In this document: piece by piece, positions 48,901 to 62,583 of the stretch | How the letters are laid out: each line of letters starts with the position of its first letter | How positions within the stretch are numbered: the stretch's first letter is position 1 | Assembly (NCBI GenBank): GCA_004431415.1 | Contig: QPMI01000603.1 | Location: forward strand, 62,001-126,000 | DNA: 64,000 nucleotides | Direction: 5' to 3' | Origin: Cyanophora paradoxa CCMP329 | Taxonomy: Eukaryota > Plantae > Glaucophyta | The notes under the pieces: model-generated | Told to the model about the DNA's origin: nothing | What the model saw: the letters and a program-made list of their open reading frames with translations, nothing else | Databases searched by the model: none | Translations under genes and position numbers: made by a program

Positions 48901-51900
48901 GCGGCCTATGAGCGCAACTTTTACGAATCGGTGCGTAAACGTTGCACAGCGCTTGACCATATGGCATGCCTGCTGAACCCAGCTCAAAGGTTTCAGGTCT
49001 CGCTTCCGCGAGCCCCACAGAAGAGTGCTCGTTTTTGAATTCGATATCATTTGCTGTCCAGTTGCTGTATTTCAGCCTTTTTCTGAATTCAATACAGGTA
49101 CAACTGGGCGGGAATGCTTGGAAATCTAAACATGTTCTCGATCTCGGTGAGACGCTCTCTATATGCATATGGCCATGGCAATCAAATCATGCATTGACTT
49201 GGTGTTATGCTACTAAGCCGACGGGAAGCAATGCAAACATCACTAAACACCGCTCGCGCCACTTCCGCCTGCAACCCGAACTATTTGGTTTCGCGTGGGC
49301 TACGCCAGGCGCTGAGACGTCAGCCGCAGTGGCTTTTGGAAACCACTTCTTCTACGGCACGTCCCCTTTAAGCCGCGCAACGCTTTATACTTGCCACACT
49401 CAGCTCATATAGAGACTCAGGCGCCACCAATTGCCTCGACTTTTATGACGCCGAACCCTCCGGCCGGACATTTGAAGGCAACGAGACAGCCAGCGATGTG
49501 AGGCGGGCGTATCCCGACCTCACATCGTTCGATGCACTCCTCATGCAAGAGCTGAGGGTATGGTTGTACCAACTACAGTTACAATGAATTTAATTAACAT
49601 TATAACTAATCTAATTCTGAACGGACCGTCTTCGAATTCCCAGTTTTTCCAGTTCTGGCAGCGCGGAGTGGCCCTTTTCTCTTCATTTGCTGTGCTTCGG
49701 AATAGCGGCGGGCCCTCCGTCGTGCCGCTTTTGAAAGTCTGCTCGCTGCCGCTGGGGGTTGCTCTTCTCAAGTTTGACCTGGCATCAATTGCGCCTGCCG
49801 GCTTCACCGCCTCGGCCGAGTCGGTCTATAGAAGCGTCCCGTGCGCATTCGAATACCAGTCTAGTTTTAGTCACCGCTCGCTTGAGTTCATATGCATTCG
49901 ACATCCGAACCAACACCTGCTTCAGGTGGCCGCAGGAGAACGGCGCCTTTTTCGCCGACTCGTTCCCTGTGGGGGCATCGGTGCAATCTATGCACACCGA
50001 CGGGCGGGTCGCTGATGGAGGACCGATCCTTTACCACGCCATCGTTCGGTACGTCTTGACGTTGCATTTCTTCAGCTTCAAATTTCCCGTGGCCGTCCTC
50101 CTTTGATATTTCCGCGGTCGCAGGATGCCGTTCTTCCCTAATGCATCGCTCGCCGGCGGTTGCCCGGTTATGCTCGTCTCGGGCATCTGCGGAGTGCGCG
50201 CTGTCGCACACGTGATCGCCATGTTAACGTGGGAGGTCGACGCCTCGCGCTTTTCCGACGCGCCCGTCGGCGTGAGAAGCTTCAGCCCCTCCTTCCCTGC
50301 ACCGTCCACACACCGCACGGCCGTCTTCACGCACACCGCGCCGCGGATTCTCCGCTCCGAGCAGCTCGCGCTTGCAGACCACTGGATTGTGCATATGCAT
50401 ATTGAGCTACCGACGCCGGCGCCGTCTTTGTAGGCTGATACATGACGTGGCGAGCAGGTACAGAATGAGCGCCCGCTCCACGCCGGATACGGGCACGGGT
50501 ACCTCGAAGGCCGATGGATCGACCCGCCCAACTCGAAGTACAGCTTCTGGGTCACCGGCGACCGCGTCACTCGCGTCCGCAAGATGAACGCCTTCCAAAG
50601 CGGGATGGCCAGCCCGGCTGCAAACATCGAAGGCAGCGTTCAGATTTACAAGACCGCGGGCTGGCGCGGCACTCGGCAGGAGTGGACCTCGGTAAGCATT
50701 TCGCCCGGTTATTGCATTCTATCGCTTAGTTTTGCATACCCCAATCTGAAGTCTGTCGTGAAACGTTGCAGATTGCTGCTGCCGTCTATAAGGATGGCAA
50801 TTTGTAGTGCGTGGTCTACCTGACGCCTGCGCATACAGCGGATATTGAGAGAGCTTGTCACTGCAGCGTGGTGCAGGAGGTGCACACACAGTCGAATACG
50901 CGTGTCTTTGCCTTTGCCTCGGACCGCGAGACACGCCCGGGATACGTGCACAGCCGCCGAATGAAGCGAGCCGCCGAGCGATCTCCCAGCTCGCGGCTCA
51001 TTCGTCTTGAGAACGTGGACGCCAGCGACTCGTTCAGCAGCACTACAGTGCAAGTGACCGTCATCGTGCCGAACTTCCCGGTTCGCGGATACGCGCGCAT
51101 CGCGCGATCGGGCCTTCAAGCTTCGAATATTTTTGCTTTCGCTCGCGGCTGACATTGTAGTCATACGCGTGATCAGGCAAATGTGCTGTACGCAACGGTT
51201 GTGGATGACTACTCCAGCGGCCGAATGTTTGAAAACGATCCAAGCGTCCCGTTTTCCGAGCTTCCTTGGGTGCGGCCTTAAGCTTGCTGTTGCTGCAGCT
51301 GTAATAACTGGGGCTGAGCCGCTTCTAGGTGGTGTTTGTCGTTTCCGAGCCAGCGTATGTGATTAAACTGCACACACGCTGCAAGCCTGGGACCAGGTGG
51401 AATTGGAAGGTAAGGGATTTGTAACAGATTAGGGCCTCGAAAACTGGGTTGCGATTAGCGAACAATTCGAACTGATTATAATCCCCCGCCTCGCGCCAGG
51501 CTGCGCTTTTCAACCGCTCCGTCGCTATCTCCGATCTCTGCGTTGATTTGCCTGCCGGTGCTTTTGTTTGAATGAGACTCGCATTAGTATCAATATCGGC
51601 ATTCCTGGACCTTGCCTTGACCTTGCACGCTTAAACTCATGTGGCGATCGTTTAAAATTTGATTTCAGGGCGGTGCTCGTCGCGAGAAGGCCTCTTACTC
51701 GACGAGGATGCTGAACTGTGCGTGCTCGAAGGTTTTATATCAATTGGTCTTCAATACAAATTGCGTACTGACTCAAGTATCCGCGGCAGCTGCCCGAGCG
51801 GGACATTCAGTGGAGCGGGCGCCACGGAATGCACGACGTGCAGCGCCGGAACATCTTCGGACATCGGCGCTTCGTCTTGTTACGGTGCCCGGCTGCAATA

Positions 51901-54900
51901 TGTATAATGGATCGAGCTTGCAATGACGTGACCTTCGCTCTTCGCAGATTGCCCGCAGCACACGTTTTCCATAAACGCGGGCGACCCGTGCACCCCATGC
52001 GCGGAGAATCTTTTCACCCCGTCTGTACGTTGCACTACAAACTGCCATATCATCTAGATTTCGCAGCGTTGTCATCTCGCTGCTATTAATTCGTACTCAG
52101 GCCAAATGGACGTTCCAGTGTGTGCCGTGGTCCGCGTCTTATTTAAATGAGCGATTGCCCTTTTTGTAAGTCTGACAGTCATAATCCTCTCCCGCGATCG
52201 TTCAGCTTCCCCGGGACGTATCTTCAAAGAGTGCCTCTCGCATGCGTGCAGTGTCCGTCAAATAGGTACAGCATGGGCGGCGCGCTCGACTCGTGCTCCA
52301 GCTGTGCGTCTCCTCGCGATCGCCGATACACACTTGCGATATTAATTGCACGCGCTGTATATACGTACATGTGCCCACGCTATCGTCGACTTATATCAAT
52401 TAATGCATCTCATGATCAGGTCCAAAGGGGTGGTACCCCACGCCTGATCTGACCAACTGCGCGCCATGGTGAGCCTTTCTATGTGTCCCTTTCGTGAGGT
52501 CTTCGGTCTTCGGTCTTCACGTTCGCTGGCACGGCAGCTTGGCTGGAACACACCAACCTGGCGAGCTTCGGCCATGCGAGGCGTGCCCGCCCGGAACGTG
52601 GGCCGCGGAGGCGCACTTTGGGCCTTGCAATACATGCCCCCCGGTAGCTCCCGCAATCTATTTTCTCGAATTCAAAGGCAGATACATTTCGGAAGGGGCA
52701 AGTTACGACGGATAAGCAAGACGGATGCACGTGGTGCCGGCCCGGTTTCGGGACTCCTTCGAACGAGGCTATCTGCTTATCGTGCGATGAAGGTCAAATT
52801 AAAAACAGCCGTGCTTATCGCTAACTCAGAGCCACCTCTTTCTGACCCTGCATCGCTCTGGCAGACTACGCATCGCCTGAAGGGAAGGGCTGTGAAAAGT
52901 GCGGCCCCGGCTACATCTCGCAGCCTGACAGAAAGGTACCGGCGTCCTCTTGCTTCGCTCAGAAGCATCGATATCGAGGCATTCGATTCGTTGTTATACG
53001 AATAATGTCGCCGTTTACGTAGACCTGTTTGCCATGTCGTGGCGGTACGGCGGAATATGGGCGCCCTGGGGAGTGTCTCCCGTGCGCGCAGAACGAAGTT
53101 GCCCCTTTCGAGGCGTCCGCAAAATGCACAGCGTGTCCGGACGGCAAGTACGCTTCAGTGGACCAGCGACTCTGCTTTGAATGCCCAGCTGGTCAGCACG
53201 TATCTGCAGCTGCTTCTATCCGTAATTATAATCTCCACTGATCGTGAGTCCCTTGTGTGATCACGGTAGGTACCTACCGGCATGGAACAATGGCAAATTG
53301 TCAGATTGTGCCGATCCGGGCTGTCGCACTCATTGGCTCGTCAAACTACACGGCCTGCCAAGCCGGCTTTGTCCCTGACGGCACAAAAGCGACGTGTACA
53401 CCGTGTCGAGGCGGTAAGCGAGCAACTATTCCTCGCCTGATATATTTTGATCCAATTCGCTACTTTCAGGCTCATACCAAATCGGTGATGACTGCTACCC
53501 CTGCCCGTTGAACACGATAGCTCCATCGACTGGGACGGTCGATTGCACACCGTGTGTGGCGGGGTTTGTAGCCTCGGCAGACGCGCAGAATTGCGAGCCG
53601 TGCCCGGTGGGGACGTGGCGGAACGCAAGCATGACCGCCTGCACCCCCGTTCCGAAGCGCGCTGCTGCCATTCAGGGGTCGTCGGCGTACAGCGCGTGCC
53701 CAAGCGGGCACGTACCCGACGGGACCAAGGCCACTTGCATCCCGTGCCCTGCAGGCAAGCTTTTATAATTAAACAGAGGGCAAGGGTTCTGCACGGACGT
53801 GCATGACCCTCTCGAGCACTAGCTATAGCTCGCGATCGCCATCGCCATAGAGCAAGTGGGCTCATGCGTATTTGTACGTAACGCAGGTCTCTATCAGCTT
53901 GATGACAGTTGTCTGCAATGCCCGCTGAACTCCATCGTGAGCACCACGGGGGCAGCGCAGTGCACACCTTGCGCGGCGGGATACGCAGCTTCAGCCGACC
54001 AGCAGTCCTGCGAGCCGTGCCCATTCGGCACCTACCGCGCCATGAACATGTCGCAGTGCACCCCCGTTCCGGCTCGCGCCGCCGCCAAGCAGGGCTCTGC
54101 GGTCTACGAAGCGTGCAGCAACGGAACGGTACCGTCGGCGATCCGCTCGGACTGCGTGGAGTGCCGCGCGGGGAGCTACCAGCTGGAGGACCAATGCCTG
54201 CCGTGCCCGCCGAACACAATCACGCCCGAGCCCGGAAAGGACCAGTGCGAGACGTGCCCGGAGGGCTACGAGGCCGCGGCGGACAGGCAGAGTTGCACTC
54301 GTGCGCTGCATACGCTGCACGAGCGATCGCGATACAATCTACATTATGCTGACGAGGAACGCGTGCAGCGTGCTTGGCAGGCCAGTACAGGCACGCTCCG
54401 ATGGTGTCGTGCCAACGAGTGCCGGTGGGGGCGGCGGCCGCGGCCGCGTCCAGAAACTACACCGCCTGCCCGAGGGGCACGGTCCCGAGCGACGACCTTG
54501 CTACATGCCTCTCGTGTCCACGAGGCACGTATGAGAAGGACTGGCGGTGCAGAGACTGCATTGGTGCGTGAATTTGTATTTTGGTGTTCATGTGCATGCA
54601 TGCATATGCGATGTTCGGCTCCATGTTAATTGCCCACAAACGTTAGCCTCAACCTCGCTCGTCTCGCGATTAATGGATCGATCCATGCGTTTTTCAGGCA
54701 ATTCAATTGCACCAAACCTGACAATGACAACTTGCATTGATTGGTTCGCCTTCAAATGGACGTTTATACCGAAACATATTTGGCTCACGCATCACTTGCA
54801 ATTGTATACAGCGAGCCCGGAACAGTTGCGGACGCTACGCATCAGCAGTGTACAGCATGGTTCGGATTCATTTTCACCGATGTAATACACAACTGAACAT

Positions 54901-57900
54901 TTACAAGTAACTATTTTCCGATTTCCGCAGCGAGCCAGGGTACTACCAAGCCGGTCGGAGTAGCGGTTGCGAACGCTGCCCCTCTGCGCTGTACTCTGAA
55001 CGACAGCAGTTCGGGCAGTGCAGAGAGTGTCCAGCGGTTCGCATGTGTTTCTGGTTTCTGTGTTGACAATGATGATGATCGCGACTCGCATGTGCAGGGC
55101 CAAGTCCCAAATGAGAAACAAGACGGATGCACGTGGTGCAGGTAACAAGTCTCTCGTCAAAGCCGCCCTTTAAATTACCGAGAAGCTGCTTTTCTCAGAC
55201 CGGGATACGGAAAGCCTTCCAACGCAAGCATTTGTCTCGTTTGCGAGAACGGTTTGAAATTCAATTTGCCGCGCTTTTCTCTAAATTTAGACTTCATTTC
55301 ATCTCGGTTCGCTGATCGTGATCACCTTCAAACTCTGAATTTGTTTCAGATCACGCGTCGCCTGATGGCTTCGGCTGCAAAAGATGCGGTCCCGGCTTTG
55401 TGTCGCCACCGGATCGGCTGGTAGATCTAGAACACCCGCCGAATAAAACACCACGCTTTGTAATTAATTACTTGATCATGATTGTATCAGGCGTGTGTCC
55501 CATGTCGCGGGGGGACTGCAGAGCACATGCAAGCAGGCGAGTGCGTCCCATGTGGACAGAACGAGATTTCAATGCAAGGCTCCTCTTCTTGCACGGCCTG
55601 TATGGACGGCGAGTACGCTTCAGACGATCAGAGCCTTTGCTTCAAATGCCCAACTGGTGAGCTCGAGCATATGCATGTACGAAAGGCGCAGTACTTCTTT
55701 GATTTCCAACATCGCCATATGCATGCAATCAGGCACATATCGGCACGGCTCAATGCCCGTATGCGATGGCGTGCCTGCGCGAGCGGTGGCACCTCTGGGC
55801 TCTGGAAACTACACGGTCTGCGAGCCTGGTCTCATCCCTGATGGAACAAAAGCCTCCTGCCTCGCTTGCCCCGCCGGTGAGCTCTTAGTGTTTATTAGAG
55901 AAGTTGAGTTTCGAGAAATAACGCCTTGTATATGTAGGTTTGCGGCAGGTCGGCGACAAGTGCCTGCCGTGCGCAATCAACCACGTAGCGTCGACTCCCG
56001 GCTCGTCTGCCTGCAGCCTTTGCCAGCCTGGCTCGATCGCTTCAGCGGACGCGCAGAGTTGCGAGCCATGCCCGGTGGGGACGTGGCGGAACGCAAGCAT
56101 GACCTTCTGCAACCCCGTGCCAAAGCGCGCAGCTGCCATGCCGGGGTCGTCGGCGTACAGCGCGTGCCCAAGCGGCCACGTACCCGACGGGACCAAGGCC
56201 ACTTGCATCCCGTGCCCTGCAGGCACGCAGAGCGTTCTGCACGCATGCGCATGACTCTATGGCCATGGAGCGATCGCGAGTGTGCTCATGCATATTCACA
56301 CGCGTTACGCAGGTCTCTATCAGCTTGATGACAGTTGTCTGCAATGCCCGCTGAACTCCATCGTGAGCACCACGGGAGCAGCGCAGTGCACACCTTGCGC
56401 GGCGGGATACGCAGCTTCAGCCGACCAGCAGTCCTGCGAGCCGTGCCCATTCGGCACCTACCGCGCCGTGAACATGTCCCAGTGCACCCCCGTTCCGGCT
56501 CGCGCCGCCGCCAAGCAGGGCTCTGCGGTCTACGAAGCGTGCAGCAACGGAACGGTACCGTCGGCGATCCGCTCGGACTGCGTGGAGTGCCGCGCGGGGA
56601 GCTACCAGCTGGAGGACCAATGCCTGCCGTGCCCGCCGAACACAATCACGCCCGAGCCCGGAAAGGACCAGTGCGAGACGTGCCCGGAGGGCTACGAGGC
56701 CGCGGCGGACAGGCAGAGTTGCACTCGTGCGCTGCATACGCTGCACGAGCGATCGCGATACAATCTACATTATGCTGACGAGGAACGCGTGCAGCGTGCT
56801 TGGCAGGCCAGTACAGGCACGCTCCGATGGTGTCGTGCCAACGAGTGCCGGTGGGGGCGGCGGCCGCGGCCGCGTCCAGAAACTACACCGCCTGCCCGAG
56901 GGGCACGGTCCCGAGCGACGATCTCGCTACATGCCTCTCGTGTCCACGAGGCACGTATGAGAAGGACTGGCGGTGCAGGGACTGCATTGGAAACACGTAT
57001 TCTCCTCTTCTCGGAATGCTATCATGTCAGGAATGGTGAGCCAGCAGAATGCAATTCGCAAGTAATTTTATGATCTTTATTGATAGTGATATCTAATCTT
57101 CTTGACCCTTTCATATATCATATAGTATATAGTAGACGTTGCAATTGCTTTATACAAATAGTCGCATGGCATGTGGTTGCCCACTGATGTCCTTGACCCG
57201 ATCATTTGTTTAATGCATTTGCGCAGTGAACCTGGTTTCGTTGCCGACGAGACGCACCAGGAGTGCAAACCGTGCCCAAGCGGTTCGGCAAGGCCTGCAA
57301 ACGGCAGCTCTTGCTTTTTGTGTCCCAAGAACTATTATGCCAACGTACCCGGCCGAGCTGAATGCGATATGTGGTTTGCATGCAAGCCCACGCTCCTGCG
57401 GCTTTATTCTTATTGTATGCACGTGCATGCGCAGTCCGCCGGGGACTCAGTCTGCCGACGATCGTGTGACCTGCGTGTCGTGCCCTGCTGGGTCTGCAGA
57501 GGTGAACGGCACGCGGACGTGCCGGCTTTGCGAGGAGGGATCAGTTGCAGAGGAGCGGGGCCTCGTCGCGTGCAGACAGTGTGCCAATGGCGAGATTTCT
57601 AACGCAGATCGGTAAGACGAAGTACAGGGCAATCAGCCGCCGCCCGTTTGTTCGAACCCAACGCACCCGCCCGCAGCACACGCTGCATTCCGTGCCAAGC
57701 GGGCACGTTCAAGCCGCATAATATGAACGTCTGCCTTCCCTGCCGGATCGGGACCTGGGCGCCGGCCGGCTCGCATGCGTGTCGCCTCTGCGAGCCCGGC
57801 TCGTACGCGTCGGAAGACTCCAGCACGTGTATTCCGTGCACGCCAGGCACATTCATGCCGGAGGGCACGCAGACCTGCCTCCGGGTGCGCAGAGCTCTCA

Positions 57901-60900
57901 ATTCTTAAACGTGCAACTGCAGGTGGGCACGGCTTGACACGAGGTGTTCCAGTGTCCTGCAAACTTCATCGCGCCTGATCCAGGAACGGCATTCGAGTGC
58001 AGCCCCTGCAGTGCAGGGTATACAGCATCAGCGAGCCGCCGTGTTTGCGAGCCCTGCGCGCTGGTGAGGCCTTAAACCCATGATTAATGAGCGCGCGGCT
58101 CCGACCTCCGTTTTGTGCTCTAAAGCCGTGCATTTCAGGGATTTTACAGGCCGCTAGACAGCAACAGCACAGGGTGCATTCCGTGCGGCCCTGGAACTGT
58201 CTCACGATCCCCAGGCACTGGCGAGTGCGAGCACTGGTACGACATGGACTCAATGCAAAATTTCGATATTTCAGATCTGGCATTCTACAAATTAGAAATG
58301 ATGCGCTTTTAGTTTTATAGCCTCGAGCCCGCAGTTCTTCATATATATAAATGAATATTCACTATTTTACTCACTCTGCAATTGGGTGCCATGGCCAGTC
58401 CGCCGGAAAAGGTGCCACGCGAAGACCGCGCGGAATGCAAGGGTACGACTTGATTGTGCATGCGCCAGCGTATTTCGCGCGCACGTTTAACGGTCCGTTT
58501 GCGCTTCAGACTGCGACGCTGGCGCCTACCCCAGCAAGGGCGTATGCGTGTCGTGCCCGGCTCTGACTACATCGCGCGCTGGGGGTCGGCCCTCTTTTTA
58601 TCCACCAAAAGTATCTTGAGTTAAATTCCTCATGATCACGTGCACAGATGCAACATGTACCCGCTGTCCTGCCGGATCGATCTCCGATAGCAGCCGCACA
58701 GAGTGCATTCCGTGTCCGTCGTCTATGTACCTGCCTGCCAGCAGCGAAGTTTGCCTTCCGTGCCCTGCGAACGCGATCTCGCAATCCGGGTCTACGGGCT
58801 GCACGTCGTGGTGAGCTTCGAGTTTTCCTTTCTCTTCGGCGATAGAGATCGTTGGATGCGCCTCGCTCACAATCGCGAGTCGCTGTATTGCGCAGTTTGG
58901 AAGGCACTGTGGTGAGTCAGGCCGCCTCTAGGCCTGAGCTCGAGTGACGCTGCTCGCAATTGCTCGTATCACCGGTACCGCACAAAACTAATGTCGGCAT
59001 TGCATTTTCAATTTACCCAGTCGGACGAGTCGCAAACGTTTTGCGAGGTGCGCTGGCGCTTGCACCTCGTTCTCCAAAGTTAAGCTCAAGGCAAAGGCTG
59101 CGGTAGGTGTGCGCTAAGGGAACTTTTCGCAACGCGACTTTGGCCTACTGCGAGCCTTGGTACGTCCAGTCCTTTTCCCTTATCTGTAGCACCTCGGGAA
59201 TGTGGGAATGAACTCAATGACGCAGCCCGTCCGGCACGTTTGCGGCAGCCGAAGGATCCGCCGCCTGCACACCGTGTTCGCCAACGCAGCTGTGCCCGGT
59301 CGCAACGTCGGAACCAATCGACATCTCCGATTTCAAGAAACTCATATCGCAGACGATATCCGAAGCCCTCGCTACCACGACTGTGGTAACGGATCCGGAA
59401 TCCATGCAACCGGGAGGAACGCAGCGGCGGAGCCTGTTGGGTGCTAGAAGGCTGTTGGCTGCTGGGGAATTTTTCAGACGGATTACAAGCGAGGAAAGCG
59501 ATATGACCTTCGTTAGCGAGAACGTAACGTGCGATATCGATTCGCAGTATGTGATTGGAAACTTCAGCTTCAACTCAAAAAATTGTAATTCACAGATACG
59601 ACACAAACTCGGCCACCATCGTCCGACCTGTGCGTCCACGTGCCACACGCACACGGCCAGGTTGGCCAGGCCAGGTTGTGACAGACGAGTGTTTCCGCAG
59701 GAGATCCGCACAGAGGAGCTCGCCAAGCAGCGCCTCTTCATGGTACGAAGCCATCCAAAGCTAGAAGCTTTTGAATTATAATATTTCGTCTCGCGTACAG
59801 ATTTTCGCGTTGCTGGTTTCGTGTACAGGAGTCGTTTTGATTCTCGCTGGTATTTTCCTCTACTCTTATCTGAAGGTGCTCTGAATGCGCTCAATTATGC
59901 AATTATGCATTTCTGAAATGCATTCGACCCATGGATAGGGTCCGCCGATTGTGCCTTCGGAGCGGAAGCTTGAACGCCGAGAACGTCAAGACCGTCGAGT
60001 CGAGCGTGTAAGCTGGCCATATGCATGGCCCTTGCGTCTTTCTGCATCTTAAGTTGTGCTTTTGCCAATTTCTTGGTCGACAGATTCTCAAGCTCGACCG
60101 ACTATACACCGATATTATTGCAGCGAAGCGCCAGCAAGCAGAATCTAAGAGTACCGCTGGCGCGAAGAACGAATCTGCAATGAGGGAAGAAAACGAGGCG
60201 ACGATGGACGAAGAAGATAATCAAAAAACGTTCTATGGCGTTATCTTCACGATGATCGGCATCGGTCTCGCCGCCATCGCAGCCGGCTACGTTCTCCTGC
60301 AATTCGTGCGCTCTGAACTGCACCGCGATGCGCGATGCCGCAATGCAGGACGTGGGCTTTGTTTGTATTGACCATGACCTATCGGCCTTCGTGCGCAGTC
60401 CATCGCAAACTTCAGCATCATTCAGACGCTCCAGCCGGGGGCCTCGCCGTCGGCCGCAGACATCGCCGGCCCTCTCAACGTCACCGCCTCCTTCGCTGGA
60501 TTCGCTGGTATTCGAATCTTTTACACTCGCCCAAATCGTGTTCTAATTATTCAATGCAATTGTTTAGGTCCTTGTCACATTGTGCGGCGAGAGGGAGAGA
60601 GCTCCGGCAATTTATCGCGATCCCGTTTCGACGGACGTGCGGGTGTTGACGTTTTCGTTTCGGGGATCGGGCCCGTCGATGGCTCACCCGAGCCAGTCAT
60701 CGAGGCAAGCTATATCGCAGCACGTCGCACATGCTTGTGAGTTCGGGTCGGATCCTGCAAATGGCATCTGTAGATGTTATGTAATTACGCGTGCACGCAC
60801 AGAGTGACCTGGCGCTGCTCGAGATGCCGTCTCCTGGCGGCCAGCAATGTCACGGTCGATTTCCGTCTCGTGTCGCGCCTCGCTTTTGCGGTCGCCATCA

Positions 60901-62583
60901 ACTACGCCATACACGTTCGTAGCTTTGCAATTGGCCTGTATTCGAGTGTTAACGTTTCGAGCATGTCTTTGACGCAATCCCGAAACGAATTCGAAGGTCC
61001 CGTCGAACCTCTCCATCGAAGGCGTACTTATCCCCTCCTCGCAAGCCGAGTTCTCCGTCTTCCGAGGCACGCTCCCGGTCACTGTTCCCGTGTCTCTATT
61101 TCCGCTGCACTTCGAGGTCCGCACGTGTCGACATCGTGCGTGCGCGTGTGTGCGCTCTCGACGCTGAGCTCGGGGCGCGTACAGGACGTGCGCGACGGGA
61201 TACCGCGGTACGACGCGGCCCTGCGCCCTGCCGACAACCGTGTGGCCGAGAAGGGCGAGGGTTCCTTCGTAAGTCTCAAACCTGCCGGCCTCTTCCATGT
61301 TTACCAGCAAACGCGGTGCTCACCTGCGCGTTGGGCCGCGCCACCAGGCTCTCTGCTCGTTCACGAAACCACTGTCGGACCCGGAGTGCGCCGGGGAGTC
61401 GGTGGCCTTCCGCGCGCTCTTTAACATCGACAACGTTTACGTCATGGCGCGCGCGCCTCGCGGTCGCATCGATATTCCGGATCCACTGCCCTGGCGATCG
61501 CGACTCGTCTCTGAAGCCCTTTCCCGCAGGTGTACCGCAAGGTGAAGGCCTCCATAGCAGACATGCTGGCAGACCTCTCGTCTCTCGCGCAGACAGCCAT
61601 CGCTGTGCGCGCACTGCGCTGTTGTTCATCTCGCGGCTTTGCATCATTAATTGATTTGGATCCGGAGCCTCCAAATCTGACGACGGGCGACGGGGCAGGT
61701 CGGCGGCCAGATCGCAGTCGGATTCCTCACCGCGCGACTCTTTTTGAAGGTGACGAACAAAAAAAAATTGAAACACCCCTTTAGGCCTCGAATTCATTGA
61801 AATTGCATGCCAACACCAGCCTGATGCGACCGCGACATGCAGAAGCCGATCGCAATTCTCCGCCGTAAGGTCGACGCAGCTGCAGGTACAGATTTAGAAG
61901 GAGACTTTGCCAACGAATCGAATGCGTGCGAGCCAGCTGCAGCGCATCTGAGGCAGCAGCCTCGGGGCCTTACGCTAAACACGGCCACACCTCAAGGAAA
62001 TACAGCTGCAGCCGCCGCGGCCGTCGAGAAGCTTGATTCAGACGCGCCCGACACCGGCGCCGCCCCGATTCTCTCCAAATTCACGCCCCCAGCCGCACGA
62101 ATGGGTCGGAGGCGAAGCAACAGTTTTGGCCAAGTAGAGAGCCTGATATCAATCGATATTAACAGCAGAATTCGAAACATCGTCAGCATCAATGACTCCA
62201 TGGACAGATTCCAGCCGGCCCAGCGGTCGTTGTCTCCTGAGCGCAGCGCAAGCGCCAACGGTCGCCCGCCCCCGCCTCATAGCAACACCCCGATACCCGC
62301 GTCGACGTCGACGTCGGCGCTCCCCCCCGTCGTCAGCGCCGGCCCCAGCAGCCGCTACGCGTACAGCATTGCAGGCGCCACACTCGCCGCCCCGCGGCCG
62401 CCCCTGCCGACGCGCGCAGTGCAGATCATCAACCTCTCGAGCTCGAGCTCGGGCTCGGGCTCGGGCTCAACCGCGGGCGCCGGCGCCAGTGGCCCGCAGA
62501 AGCCTGTTGCGGAAACGGGCAGCCCGCGACCGCCCCGCGAGAAAGCCGATGGCGCAGACACCGAGGCCGTCATCCATCTGTGA
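36939..62583 (+). CDS. Giant multi-exon type-I membrane/cell-surface protein: LamG-like repeats, beta-rich and unknown domains, Cys-rich ephrin-receptor-like (GCC2/GCC3) repeats, TM helix, cytosolic tail; start codon uncertain
   Basis: Continuous chain of short exons on +; domain motifs are listed in the sub-features; last exon (KPIAILRRK...AVIHL*) ends at 62583. Confidence 0.75.
37070..47390 (+). other. Array of 8 Laminin-G/concanavalin-A-like lectin repeats
   Basis: Each ~1.2-1.3-kb unit shows D-x-SG-x-x-R-H-G, F-x-LGTP-F/L-T-x-x-FW, ILDFG, W/FHHV, YLD/NG, IG, DFRIYS-x-AL and LEL-x-Y-x-F-x-x-C motifs. Confidence 0.85.
51780..59160 (+). other. Cys-rich repeat region (C-x-x-C-P-x-G-T-Y/F; ephrin-receptor-like/TNFR-like)
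   Basis: Dozens of CxxCxxGxY motifs, e.g. CPSGTFSGAGATECTTCSAGT and CEPCPVGTWRN. Confidence 0.9.
53881..56990. repeat. Intragenic direct repeat: 53881-54564 ~ 56307-56990 (near-identical core of a ~2.4-kb duplicated unit)
   Basis: Offset 2426; identity includes an intron; flanks are homologous but diverged. Confidence 0.95.
60228..60306 (+). other. Transmembrane helix exon segment
   Basis: TFYGVIFTMIGIGLAAIAAGYVLLQF followed (after an intron) by basic VHRKLQHH. Confidence 0.85.
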
